NCBI GenBank assembly: GCA_030390025.1
Contig: CM059431.1
Span: forward strand, 117,864,001 to 117,928,000
DNA from: Squalus acanthias
Taxonomy: Eukaryota
DNA: 64,000 nt
Direction: 5' to 3'
Each line of letters starts with the position of its first letter. The first letter of the stretch is position 1. The notes below the pieces were generated by a model. It worked only from the letters and a program-made list of their open reading frames with translations, ran no database searches and had not been told where the DNA came from. This document shows, piece after piece, positions 50,516-62,351 of this stretch. The position numbers were made by a program, and so were the translations under genes.

Positions 50516-50632
50516 GCACAGGAGGGAGGTGCACAGGAGGGAGGTGCACAGGAGGGAGGTGCACAGGAGAGAGGTGCACAGGAGAGAGGTGCATAGGAGA
50601 GAGGTGCACAGGAGAGAGGTGCACAAGAGAGG
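50516..50632. repeat. 15-bp minisatellite, 7 full copies plus a partial
   Basis: (GCACAGGAG[G/A]GAGGT)n, in frame in the transposase N-terminus ([10 protein letters not shown]). Confidence 0.95.
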
Positions 50633-51355
50633 AGCCGAGGTTGCAGGAGGTACTACCCACATCACAGGGTTTACAGACAGAGGCTCAGATTCCTTGACCA
50701 CTCGGAAGAGCAGTGTTTCTGCAGGCTGAGGTTGTCACATCAGGTGGTGGCAGACATCTGCAGCCTCTTAGAGGAAGACCTTCTCCCTGCTGGAGCTGGT
50801 GGCCATGCATTAACAATGGCTGTGAAAGTGTTCATCGCCGTCAACTTTTTTGTCTCCAGATCCTTCCAGGGCGCTACCAAAGACATATCCAGGATCTCCC
50901 ATTCGGCTGCACATAAATGCATAAGACATAAGGTGCCAGGGCTGGTAGTTATGTTAACTTCCCCTGTGATGACAATAGCCAGAATGAGCAGGCACTCGGA
51001 TTCGCTTCGCTGGCTGGATTCCCCCAGGTACAGGGTGCCATCAACTGCACACACATGGCAATCCGAGCACCACCACAGCAACCAAAAGGTTTTATAAACC
51101 ACAAAGGGATATTGGTCCATCAATGTGCAGCTGGTGTGCAACCACAAGAAGAGGTTCATGCAGGTCTGCACCAGGAGGACGAAGGTGCTCATCTCTCATG
51201 TTCAGATAAGGAGAACATTGAGGAGGAGGAAGGTGGGGCACCCATCGCCAGACTAGTCGCTTACATTGCTGCCCAGGATGCCAGGGATGCTTTAATATCA
51301 CAAAGCCTCACCTAGTGTGATACATAACAAATAAAATCCCATGGTCCGCTCCTAT

Positions 51356-51580
51356 AACAACAACTTGTATTTATATAGCGCCTTTAACATAGGAAAACAT
51401 CCCAAGGCGCTTCACAGGAGCGTTATCAAAAAAAATTTGACACCGAGCCACATAAGGAGACTTGGTCAAAGAGATAGGTTTTAAGGAATGGCTTAAAGGA
51501 GGAAAGAGAGGTAGAGAGGCAAGAGGTTTAGGGAGGGAATTCCAGAGCTTAGTGCCTTGCAGCTGAAGGCACGGCCACCA
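51356..51580 (-). mobile_element. L2 3' end
   Basis: aacaacaacttgtatttatatagcgcctttaac...cccaaggcgcttcacaggagc, as at 15850. Confidence 0.85.
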
Positions 51581-52120
51581 CCTTCCCCCTCTTCTGTTTC
51601 CCCCTCTTCCCTCTGCAAGCAGATCCTGTAAATGTGAAATTACAGCATAAAATGCTGCAAATACTCACCTGGTTAGGTCGCATCTCGACCTGAGATGTAA
51701 ACTATGTTTTTCTCTCCACGGATGTTGCGTGACCTGCTGAGTATTTGCAGCATGTTCTGGCTTCTCAAAGGCCTTCATTTACCATCCGAGCAGTTGTAAG
51801 TGTCCAGCCGCACTCCCTACACACTGAAAAACCTTTCACATCTATTGCAGAAAGCCACCACTTAATTAAATTTAAAAAAAGTTCAAAACCTTAAATCCAA
51901 ACCTACCTGAACGATGTGTGTGTCCCTTTAAGAGGTGCATACATCACCATTGTCAGCCTGCTTGCACACCAGGTTAACCAATTACCAGCAGCGCAAAGGT
52001 AAGGATGAAAATGATGGCAGCCGCAGGACCCGCCAGCAACTGGTGAAAAAGTGGTGGTCGCTGTTTTAGCGCCATTTAATGGTGTTACGGAGCGGTGCTA
52101 AGGCCACGGATTTCTAGCCC
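51581..52120. mobile_element. Right-end fragment of the 11216-family Harbinger
   Basis: Aligns with 12800-13040 and 14350-14695, and ends ATTTCTAGCCC. Confidence 0.75.
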
Positions 52121-53888
52121 CCTGTCTCTTAAGGAGGCACACAAGTTGCCATCCAAAGTCTGCATGGCCGTGGTCATGGTTCACATGGACTCATTTGAAA
52201 GTCTTGCTTGAAGCTCCATGGAGGCAGCCTCTCTACTCTCTCCATGGCAGACATTTTCACTATTCCCCGCGCCACCAATCCACTAGCAATCGTGTTGGAA
52301 TCCTCCATCCAGAGATTTGAGAGGATTGCGTCCCCAGACGCATACCCCCCACACCTGTCCCTGCCACCAGAGTCTGCTTGTGCTCACTTGTGAGGTGTCA
52401 ATCACCAGGTAAAAACCCAACTAACTCTCTGAGTGGACTCACCAAAGTGTGCGAATTTGTGCTAGTGCATGGCTGCACATCCTGTGACGGTGCACCCTCA
52501 GAAGGAATGAGGTTCTCTGAGGAATTGTCCTTATGGATGTCCAGCGATACTTGCTGTACACTTGAAGGCCCTGGAAGACAAAAGAAAGGGGTGAAAAAAT
52601 AGACCTGTGAGTGAGTGAAGGTCAGGTATTCACCCAATGGATGCAATGCATTTGGTGAGGGCGACTATGAGGCAGATGCATCACTTGCACAATGATTGGG
52701 GTGAGTGGCAATAGTGGATGGATAAATGGGGAGATGATGAAGGGAAGGCTGGGTGGTGCTGAAAGTTGAGTGGGTGTGAGGTATAATGTGATGGAGAATG
52801 CTCAGCAAGACAGAGTGAAAGGGGGCAGGGCTTAAACCACAGGATGTAGTTGAATCCGCAAATGTACTCACATTTCCTGACCTGGTTAGGTCATTAAATC
52901 GCTTCCTGCATTGCAGCCAAGACCAAGGCACAATGATCCTGCTGCTCACCTCCTCAGCTACCTCCAACCACGGCTTCTTGGTGAGAACAGCAGCTTTCTT
53001 CCTCCCATTGCTGGGGAAAAGAACATCCCTTCTCTTCCTGACTGCACCCAGCAGTACTTCCAGTGATGCACCATTGAATCTGGATGCTGCTCGAGCTCTA
53101 TGTTCACCATTCATCCTGAACACCTCCAATTTCCATTTGCGTTTGCGCCTTGTCCCTTCAATACGGCTGAGATCACGTCATGTGGGTGCGCATCACGCCC
53201 ACTGCGCAGCCTGGAGACGCAAAACCCAGAAGTCAAAAGTAATTGCTGCAATTGAGTTAAGATCGCTGATTCTGACCCGCTGAGTTGTCTTGTGGAATTC
53301 ACCCACGCAATTCCACCACCGCCCCCCCCCCCCTCCTCAGAAGCCGCCTTCATATTAATATCAAGGCCAAAATCGTCTGTAATCTCTAGGGATGAGGAAG
53401 GAAGTTCAAGAGGAACACTGGAGCCAAATACTAGAAGAATCAAAAGCATAAAGCAATAAAAGAGGAAACATTTAAAATATGTTTTTTTCCCTTATTCAGG
53501 CATTCCTGGGTCATGTTTCAACCATGAGTGGACTTATGGCCTACTCCACCAATATGGCAGTTGCACAAGAACTGCCCAGTAATAGCCCTCCCCCAATTTC
53601 ACCTCTGACAGTAGCACAGCTGAGATCAGCAGCTAATGAAAGTGGCAAAGCGCAGGAACAAACCCACTAATCGATGCTTTGTGGCGGCACTCCAGCATCC
53701 TACAGCACCTTCCTCAATTCATTAAATTTCAGGTCCAACTGCTGGGACTCAAATTTCATGGCCTTGGGACTTCGAAAGCAACATAAAGTGAACAGAATCT
53801 GATTACGAAGTCCCTGCCCCTTTCTACATCATCAGAAATTCAGGTGATACTAGGGTCAGGCGCATCATATATCCAGACACAAAGAGAA

Positions 53889-54590
53889 AGAAAAATTGCA
53901 TTTGTATAGTACCTTTCATGACCTCAGGACGTCCCAAAGCACTTTACAGCCATTAAAGTACTTTTGAAGTGTAATCACTGTTGTAATGAAGGAAATACGG
54001 CAGTCAATTTGCACACAGTAATGTGATAAATGACCAGATAATCTGTTTTAGTGATGTTAGTGGAGGCATAAATATTAGCCAGGACACCAGGGAGAACTCA
54101 CCTGCTCTTCTTCAAAATAGTACAATAGGATCTTTTACAACCACCTGAGAGGGCAGACGGGGCTTTGGTTTAACGTCTCATCCGAAAGTCAGCACCTCCG
54201 GCAGTGCAGCACTCCCTCAGTACTGCCCCTCCGGCAGTGCAGCACTCCGTCAGTACTGCCCCTCCGACAGTGCAGCGCTCCCTCAGTACTTCCCCTCCGA
54301 CAGTGCAGCGCTCCCTCAGTACTGCCCCTCCGACAGTGCAGCTCTCCGTCAGTACTGCCCCTCCGACAGTGCAGCGCTCCCTCAGTACTGCCCCTCCGAC
54401 AGTGAAGCGCTCCCTCAGTACTGCCCCTCCGACAGTGCAGCTCTCCGTCAGTACTGCCCCTCCGACAGTGCAGCGCTCCCTCAGTACTGCCCCTCCGACA
54501 GTGCAGCGCTCCCTCAGTACTGCCCCTCCGACAGTGCAGCGCTCCCTCAGTACTGTGCTGAAGTGTCAGCCTGGATAATGTGCTCAAGTC
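53889..54590 (-). mobile_element. DeuSINE (SacSINE1/AmnSINE-like)
   Basis: Recognisable core ggtttaacgtctcatccgaaag..gcacctcc..cagtgcagcactccctcagtactg and an L2-like 3' tail (ttgcattt.tatag..cctttca). Confidence 0.8.
54192..54554. repeat. 33-bp minisatellite, 11 copies, expanded from the SINE body
   Basis: (CCCCTCCGACAGTGCAGCGCTCCCTCAGTACTG)n. Confidence 0.95.
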
Positions 54591-55725
54591 AGAATTATGC
54601 AGTTATAGTATGAGGTCAGGAAAATGAAGGAAATACATCATACGACATTGGGATCAAGGGATACCTTGCAGGTTTAAAATTTAAAAGCGAGGTTTCCTGA
54701 ATACAATCAGTTGCAGAGCTTCCAGTGAAAGCAGCAACATTTTTAAGTGTTTAAGTTTAGCCCTCTCACGTTCCTGGCATGCTTACACTGCAACAAGGCA
54801 CTGCACAAAATTTCCAACCCACCCCATCGGCACTGGAAATGACACAGCTGCACGCCAAATGAATATTGGGATGGTGTCAGGTTGCATCCGTGAAGCAGGT
54901 GGAGGTCACTTCAACGTTTACTATATCAATCCTGTCAAGGTAGATGATTGAACAAGAGTTATTCTGCAAGTTCGCATAGGTAATAAGATAACGTCATATT
55001 ATTTACCTGTCTGCACAACGACCAAGCTAATCAGTTGCAATTGTTTATCACATGGAGGTGGAAGGGAACTACAATCAAGGCTGGAGACATTTTTCTGAAG
55101 GGCAGAAAATGATACCTTTGAATTCCACTTTGACAGGCAGTTCAGTTGCCAGGAGCTACCTATTCTGGGTACAATTGTTGTAAGCTTTTCTCAGTTCATC
55201 AGTTCTACTGTATTATAGCTCAGGGAGAAGTGTGTGCATCAAGACTCCATTCAAGTAAAGAAAGCCTTATTCATAAGTTTGTGTAATGGACATTGATTCA
55301 GGTTTGGTATTATTAGGAGATAGCAAAATGCCTGATCTTTTTTGTTATCTTTGTATCCAAGAATGTATGAGTTAAAAGATCTGTAATCAGGTGAATCTGC
55401 CATTTTGATGTGCTGCTACTTTTTAATTTTAATTTCAATAAACTTGATTTGTAGTTCCTAGCCTATAGTGTATAGAGTGCTCTATCCTTTCATTCAGCCA
55501 AAGGCTAGGCGAACATGTGAGAAGATTAAAGTACAAATGTTTCTGTTTGACTCCTGGGCAATGCTGCATTGGCAGATATTATACTTATAAGGTCACATTT
55601 TGTAGGGAATGAAGGCCTCAGTACTGAGAGTAGTCCCAGGAACTAAGCACAACAAAAATATCTGAAGCACTTGAACTGTAACTGATATATTCAATGCAGC
55701 TTCTAGATGGTGATTTTAATATGCT

Positions 55726-55975
55726 CCACCATTGGTGGCTATGCAATCAGCTGCCTAAGCTCTGGAATTCCCTCCCTAAACCTCTCCACCTCTCTACCTC
55801 TCATTCCTCCTTTAAGACGCTCCTTAAAAACTATCTCTTTGACCAAGCTTTTGGTCATCTGCCCTAATATCTCCTTATGTGGCTCAGTGTCAAATTTTGT
55901 TTGATAACGCCCCCGTGAAGCATCTTGGAATGTTTTACTACATTAAATAGGCTATATAAATACAAGTTGTTGTTG
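55726..55975 (+). mobile_element. L2 3' end
   Basis: ctctggaattccctccctaaacctctcc...tatataaatacaag(ttg)n. Confidence 0.85.
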
Positions 55976-57229
55976 AAATTAAAAATGGAGAAAGTTGTCC
56001 AGTCTTTCCATTTTTTTTCTTTTAAAGATATGTTACCATCCGGTGAGGTTAAGGTGTCTTTTCTCCTATTTTTTCTTCCCCTTCTATGTCCTTTCTGGGT
56101 TACACACCTTTTTGAGCCAAAAGACAGGATAGACGGCCTGCTTCTGTTAATCCGTTGCCAAGAGGCATGGTGGAGATACCCCACTACATGTTCACTCACT
56201 CAATCCTGTGCAGAGATATCTGAACTTTGTCTGGCATTGACTCCTTATAGAATAGTATCTTGGTGCTCAGATTTATTGCTCTGCCCTTCAGCAGCAGCTT
56301 TTGAAAATGGAAACAGAAAGAGGAGATAGAGAAGTTAATAAAAGCAGTTTCACTCTCTCTTAAGCTGGTAGAACTCATTGCATAAATATTACCCAGTACC
56401 TAAAGCCATGGTGAACATTTGTTAATTACTTGGCTTGTCAAAAGCATTTGCCTGGTTATTGTAACTGGAGTCTTTGTAAACTCTGTAAATAGATGTGTAA
56501 GGATACATTTTGCAGAATGGCACTCACAGTAGGGAGCCTCATTTGCTAGGAGTGTTGGTGTGGGGATTGAATGCCGAGGTCAGTACATGAGACTCACAGT
56601 GCTCCAGATTTTTCAATCATAATGACCTTCAGTCAGATCCATACTCATACGAGTAAGGATCTGCACCAGGAGCTTTGTCTCAAAATTGACCCTAGAATCA
56701 TCAAGTCTCTTACAAAGCACTGAAAGAACAATCAAGCATGTTTTCTGCTGCTAACACCCGTGGAAGTTACTGTCCAAAGAAGGAGCAGGGGTATCAAGAA
56801 AAAACACAAGCAACATCAATTGTAATTTTAATGGTCTTCTGATCTCCTGTGAGAAAATAGCTTATTATCACTAATTTGCTATCATTATTTTAATGCCAAT
56901 TGCTCAATAATGCTAATTAAGGGCTTGTTAATGACTTTTAACAGCCATGAAGCTGCAATAAATTATCCACTGCCGTTCATTACTCCCAATCTGAATTGGA
57001 CGTAGTGAGCAATACAGCTGCAATATGCATTTCCCTGTATCACTGCAGGTGATCGAGAGAGGAGCAGGAATGAAACATTCATGACTATCTGCCCATCCAC
57101 CCTCAGGCCAAAAAGCAGCTAATTACTGACCTGTGTTATCTCGGAGCACCAGGGATAGCCTTTAATCAGCATTATTCTCCATGTAGCAGTCAATGAGATA
57201 ATAAGCAGCTCTCAAGGGAAGACTCGACA

Positions 57230-57610
57230 GCTGAATCTGGGAGATGTAGGCCATGCATTGCTAATGACCCTTCTGCACAACATGTGTACCAAGACCAAGG
57301 TGCAGTAGAATGAGACTCATCCCGGACTGGAGTGCTAATCAAGCAATCCTTTGGTATGTTCAAGCAGAGCTTCAGATGGAGGGATCTCACTTGGCGACTG
57401 TCTCCTATATATCCTTGAAGAAGTAGCTTAAATTGTTACAATGTGCTTCATGCTGCACAACCCTGATATTGATAGAAGCGACGGTATGAAGTTCATTGAT
57501 GGTCAGTAGAAACTAAGGCAAAAGGGGCAAGATGAGAGGGAATGAGATTAGTCCCTGAGGAAGAAGAACCACTGGCAGCATGATAACAGAGAGAGTAATT
57601 GAATGATGGT
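57230..57610 (+). pseudogene. Very old Harbinger transposase C-terminal fragment
   Basis: LLMT...NETH...LIKQSFGMFKQSFR...IVTMCFMLHN, with stops and frameshifts. Confidence 0.7.
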
Positions 57611-58738
57611 TCTTCCTCTGCAATGCAGCACTGAGACATTTCTCCTGTGTTGACTGCAATGATATCCATCCTATCCACTTAGCCTCTGTTGTTTTCTATC
57701 TTACCAGTAAATGATTAACATAAGCACATATTCATATCAGTTGATGTTTGCGGAATACTCATAGACAGCATATTGTTTTTAATTTGTGGCAGCATTTATG
57801 AACTATAATATACGTTATTGTACAGGTATATGTGAGTCCTAAATAAGAAAATAAGTTTCTCTGCTCTCCAGGACTGCATCTGTAATTTCGGACAAAGACC
57901 TGTCTGCCAAGTGAGCTTTTGTGTTGAGACATTATAGCCCTGTAATTGCACTCTCTGCAGCTGACTTAACATTGGCAAGTTTTATATATACTAGTTAATG
58001 GGCTGTTGAGCCATTTCAGAGCTGTGAAGCCAGAATTATCAGAAGTAAATTGAAATTGGCCAGCTTTCTGGTGTTCATAGTAAAGGGCCATCTCAGGACT
58101 CCACCTCAGATTAACCAGCTGTAGAACTGCTTGGAGGATGTGGCTGGAAAGACAATGGACTTCTGAAAATGTTATCCCATAAAATGCTTTATCTTGATAG
58201 TACATGGGGGCCTTTTTAATTAAAACTCATCGTAATACTTCCCCATCCACTGGTCAGGGAAAGCTAAATCTGGGACCATAACCTTGTGGTGGAACCGTAA
58301 CTGAGGGACCTCTGGAGACATTCTCTAGTACTGCCTTTTAATGGAGCACCTGTTGCAATGTTTTAAATGCAGAATGAGCTTGTTGATTGTACAACTCTAT
58401 TTTTGGAATGGCTTCAAATCTGGATAGTTTGTTCTGCCTGTTTAGTGGATAAAGTTTTCAATAAAATGTGTATTAAAACATCAAAAAATATATAGTAAAG
58501 AATCAACTTTCCAAGTTAGCACTGCTGGTGAGAAGATTTTCCCACTGGCCACGCTCATCAGGAAATCAGGTGCCCACCTCCATTTTCCCGCAGACTCATG
58601 CCTGAATATTGGATTTATTTTCCCTTCATTTTTCCCTGTTTTTATTAGCCATCCCTCCCTTTAACTTTAGCAAAGTTAAAATGCCCTTTGAGTCTTCACT
58701 AAAGCTGCAAAGATTTTTGTACCCTATTCTGACACCTT

Positions 58739-59573
58739 GGGGGCGATTTTGCCAATGGGGGCACGTTGGAGGCGGGACTACTGCTTGTCGGGTTTTAGTC
58801 CCGCCTCTATCGATTTGTGGCCAACCCACGCTATTTTCCCTTGATTGACCTTGTTAAGTCCGCCCAGCGGGCTTAACAGACCAATTAAGGGAAAGTCGGT
58901 TACAGAGAACGTCAGCGTATGATGTTTCATCTGTCAAAAATTTTTGACAGATGAATTGTCATCGTTTGACAGCTCTGTGAAGCTGTCAAACACTGACATT
59001 CTCTGTAGTTTGATGAGTTCTTGAATTCAAGACTCATCAAACATCTTTCTTTTGCAGAAATGAGATGGTTGTTGCATTGGAGAATACAGCAGCCATCTGT
59101 CATCTCTGCCGTGGAGGTGCGAGACTCTCCGCATCCCCAACTCTTGAAGCCTGCAGGAAGAAACAAAGGTAAATAAACTTTTTTTAACACTTTGCACTTA
59201 CCTCAGATACTCGTCTCTCTACACTTGCACCCATCACTTACCTTCACAGCGCACTTTTGCACCCCTCCGACCCCCGCCGACCCACTACTCACCTCGGTGA
59301 CCCTGGCGGGGTTCGCAGCCTTTGGGAAGCCCGCACTTGTGTGGGCAAAATGGGGATAATCCTCTTATCTGCCTGTTCACTGGCAGTTAAGTGGCTGTAA
59401 TCCCCTTCCCGCCTCCAAGGAGACGGGACCCGGCGCGGGTCGGCTACCCGCCTCCTGGCAAGATGGCACGGAGGCAGGTTGGGGGCGGGTTGGGCACCTG
59501 CCCCCAAATTCTGCCATTTTCCCGGCAGTTCCACCTCCATACCCGCCTCCCCAGGGCTGGCAAGATCGCGCGC
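58739..59573. mobile_element. Harbinger-type MITE (family B, copy 2)
   Basis: GGGGGCGATTTTGCC / GGCAAGATCGCGCGC, TSD CTT. Collinear with 38553-39382. Confidence 0.85.
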
Positions 59574-59745
59574 CTTGCTTTAATTGTCTGCATCCGTTAA
59601 ATTGCACCTCAGCTTAATTTTCCAGTTCCACCACTAGTGTGCAGCCTGCACCTATCCAAATCTGCACTTGGATCTGAGAATAATTGTACCTCAGAGACGG
59701 AGTGATATTTACCAATCCCGGTGGGGTCTACACCAGTTCTCCAGA

Positions 59746-61050
59746 TAATGGAAAAAAGAGTCATAGGATGAGATAGATTAACAAAAAGGAACTAGATAGC
59801 CATGAACATAGCTTTAGTAGGGAGACCATATGATGGCAACTTGTTTAGAAACAAATGGTAGCATAGCTTATTTCAGAAGGCAACAGAGCAGAGCAAATTG
59901 CTGAGGAGAGAAAGGGCACAACCCCTATTAAAGGTTTTGCAAATATTCAAGGCAATGACAAATGATTCAATAAAGAATTCAAGAGTAGAACTCCAGACAT
60001 CCATAATATAACAACAGTATTATCAGTGGAATCTGTCATGCTGAAAAGCATATCGCAGACTTAAGTAGAGTGAACAGTTGCCTTCAGAGCTGAGTGCCAA
60101 AAACAGGCAAAGCACTTCCCTGCAGAGAGATAGGACCAATTGAAGGGTATCTTTTCTAATTATCTGAGAAAACTTTTTTTTTTCAAGCTCCGTCAATTCA
60201 TGGTGATCAGTGTGAGTTTCAGGCTGTCATCCACAAATGTATGATTTTACATTGAAATAATTCAGCAGGTAGGTACATGCATATGAAAAATATCAGCAGT
60301 CTGACAGTTGAACCAGTTAGCCATGTGGTAAATGAATTGAGAGGCTAAAAACTTAATTTCAGCAGAAGAGAGTCCACTGCAATATAAGCATGTTCAACTG
60401 TAAGATGTAATAAGTCAGTTCTGTCCTCTGGACACTGAATTGAAGAGATGATTTCACATAGTCACAGTAATATATATGCACTTCAAAAATACGTATACAT
60501 TCCCCAAATCTAAACAATGCACATACTTATTCTTACTTTTCTTTCCCTTGCTACTCCATGTGCTGCTATACAGCTAAGAAGCTGGGTTGGTAATCTATTT
60601 CCAGAGCTCTTTCAATGCCAGTCTATCACTAGTGTCGCAGGGTAATTCACCCTTCAATTGGTCCTATCTCTCTGCGGGGAAGTGCTTTGCCTTTTTTTGG
60701 CACTCAACTCTGAAGGCAACTGTTCACTCTACTTAAGTCTGCGATATGCTTTTCAGCATGGCAGATTCCACTGATAATACTGTTGTTATATTATGGATGT
60801 CTAGAGCTCTACTCTTGAATTCTTTATTGAATCATTTGTCATTGCCTTGAACATTTGCAAAACCTTTAATAGGGGTTATGACTTTTTTTCCTCAGCAATT
60901 TGCTCTGCTCTGTTGTCTTCTGAAATAAGCTATGCCACCATTTGTTTCTAACCAAGTTGCCATCATATGGTCTCCCTACTAAAGCTATGCTCATGGCTAC
61001 CTAGTTTGTTTTTATTACTCTATCTCATCCTATGACTCTTTTTTCCATTA
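59746..61050. repeat. ~400-bp inverted duplication (59746-60148 / 60649-61050) with a 500-bp spacer
   Basis: The arms are reverse complements with about 21 differences by hand count (~95% identity). Confidence 0.95.
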
Positions 61051-61440
61051 ACTCAGAGGTTCCCCAGAGGTCTTCCTTCTCTCCCACTCTTCCTTCTTCA
61101 AATCCATGAGTTCCTTCAGTCATTACGCATTCTATTGCTGATGACTCCACCCTATGTTCATTAACCTTCTTCAGATTTTAAGGCATTAGCTCAAATAATG
61201 GTTGAATTATTACATTATGATTTCCTCCATGCCCTTTCATAGGGCACTGAAATGTTTCTTTCTATTCTTCAATGACACAATTTCTTTATGTCGTTCACTA
61301 GTCTTTCATTTGTTAACATATCTGGCTTCACTATTTCCTATGATCTCCCATGTTTCAATATTGAAGTCACCGCCAAGAAATTTGGTTTCCTTTTTCAGCC
61401 AAACAGTTTCATTTTTCTTTCAACAATTCTTATTTAATTT
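60540..61440 (-). mobile_element. Ancient LINE ORF1-like (SGNH) remnant
   Basis: A-rich sense strand with broken frames giving IALVG(D)..., SIISGI...ADLSRVNSCLQSW, reminiscent of an ORF1 esterase. Confidence 0.4.
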
Positions 61441-61686
61441 ACTATAAATCGAATTCTGGAAATATCACAGCAGCTCAATCAACATCTGAAAATAGAAAAG
61501 GCAGATCACTATTTTGGGTTGAAGCCCTTTGTAAGAATTGAAAAATGAAGGTTGGGGTGTCCCTTTATAGGATGACCAAAAGAAAGTGATGGGGGTGGGG
61601 GGGGGGAGGGGAGGCGGGGATAGGTAATGATTATGCTGTAAATTCTCCAATTCTGTGTCGATCGTAAGGTACCTTACCTGCCATCA

Positions 61687-62348
61687 ATAAGAACATAAGA
61701 ATTTGGAGCAGAAGTAGGCCATATGGCCCCTTGAGCCTGCTCTGCCATTCAATAAAATCATGGCTGATCTTCGACCTCAAATCCACTTTTCTGCCCTATC
61801 CCCATATCCCTCAATTCTTCTGGAGTCCAAAAATCTATCTATCTCAGCCTTGAATATACTCAAAGACTGCGCTTTGGGGCAGAGAATTCCAAAGATTCAC
61901 AACCCTCTGAGTGAAGAAATTCCTCTGCATTTCAGTCTTAAAAAGCCGGCCCCTATGCTCCCTAATTCTTGACTCTCCAGCCAGGGGGAACAATCTCTCA
62001 GCATCTACCCTGTCAATCCCCCTCAGAATCTTATATGTTTCAATGAGATCACCTCTCATTCATCTAAACTCCAGAGAGTATAGGCCCAATCTACTCAATA
62101 TTGCCTCACAGAACGACCCTCTCATCCCAGGGATCTATCTAGTGAACCTTCGTTGCACCGCTTCTAAGGCAAGTATATCCTTCCTTAAATAAGGAGACCA
62201 AAACTGTCCACAGTACTCCAGTTATGGTCTCACCAGTGCCCTGTACAATTATAGCAAGGCTTCCTTACTCTTGTACTCCAACCCTCTAGCAATAAAGGCC
62301 AACATGCCATTTGCCTTCCTAATTGCTTGCTGTACCTGCATGCTAACT
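61687..62348 (-). mobile_element. CR1 3' portion
   Basis: (ataagaac)n tail; MRGDLIETYKILRG...RNFFTQRVVNLWNSLP. Confidence 0.92.
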
Positions 62349-62351
62349 CTC

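Larger units (their letters stand above)
49926..53368. mobile_element. Decayed Harbinger element with nested L2 and MITE
   Basis: Transposase remnant on + at 50420-51315 (VADICSLL, AVNFFVSRSFQG, AINCTH, NHKG). Myb gene on - with exon 1 at 53114-52872 (RAASRFNGASLEVLL...WLEVAEEV...QCRKRFNDLTRSG|GT) and a later exon at ~52571-52130. Confidence 0.85.

Noticed and set aside
52665..53129. NAIF1/MSANTD host gene
   Set aside because: It is a SANT-like exon of a decayed multi-copy Harbinger with broken downstream exons.
54189..54587. Repeat array as a CRISPR locus, or the repetitive 132-aa and 124-aa ORFs as proteins
   Set aside because: The units are contiguous with no unique spacers and there are no cas genes. 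The frames stay open only because the 33-bp unit lacks stops.
55864..56378. Overlapping ORFs of 111, 134 and 60 aa
   Set aside because: They partly overlap an L2 tail and show no recognisable domain or consistent splice structure.
61590..61622. G-rich tract as a functional G-quadruplex
   Set aside because: It is simple low-complexity sequence with no supporting context.
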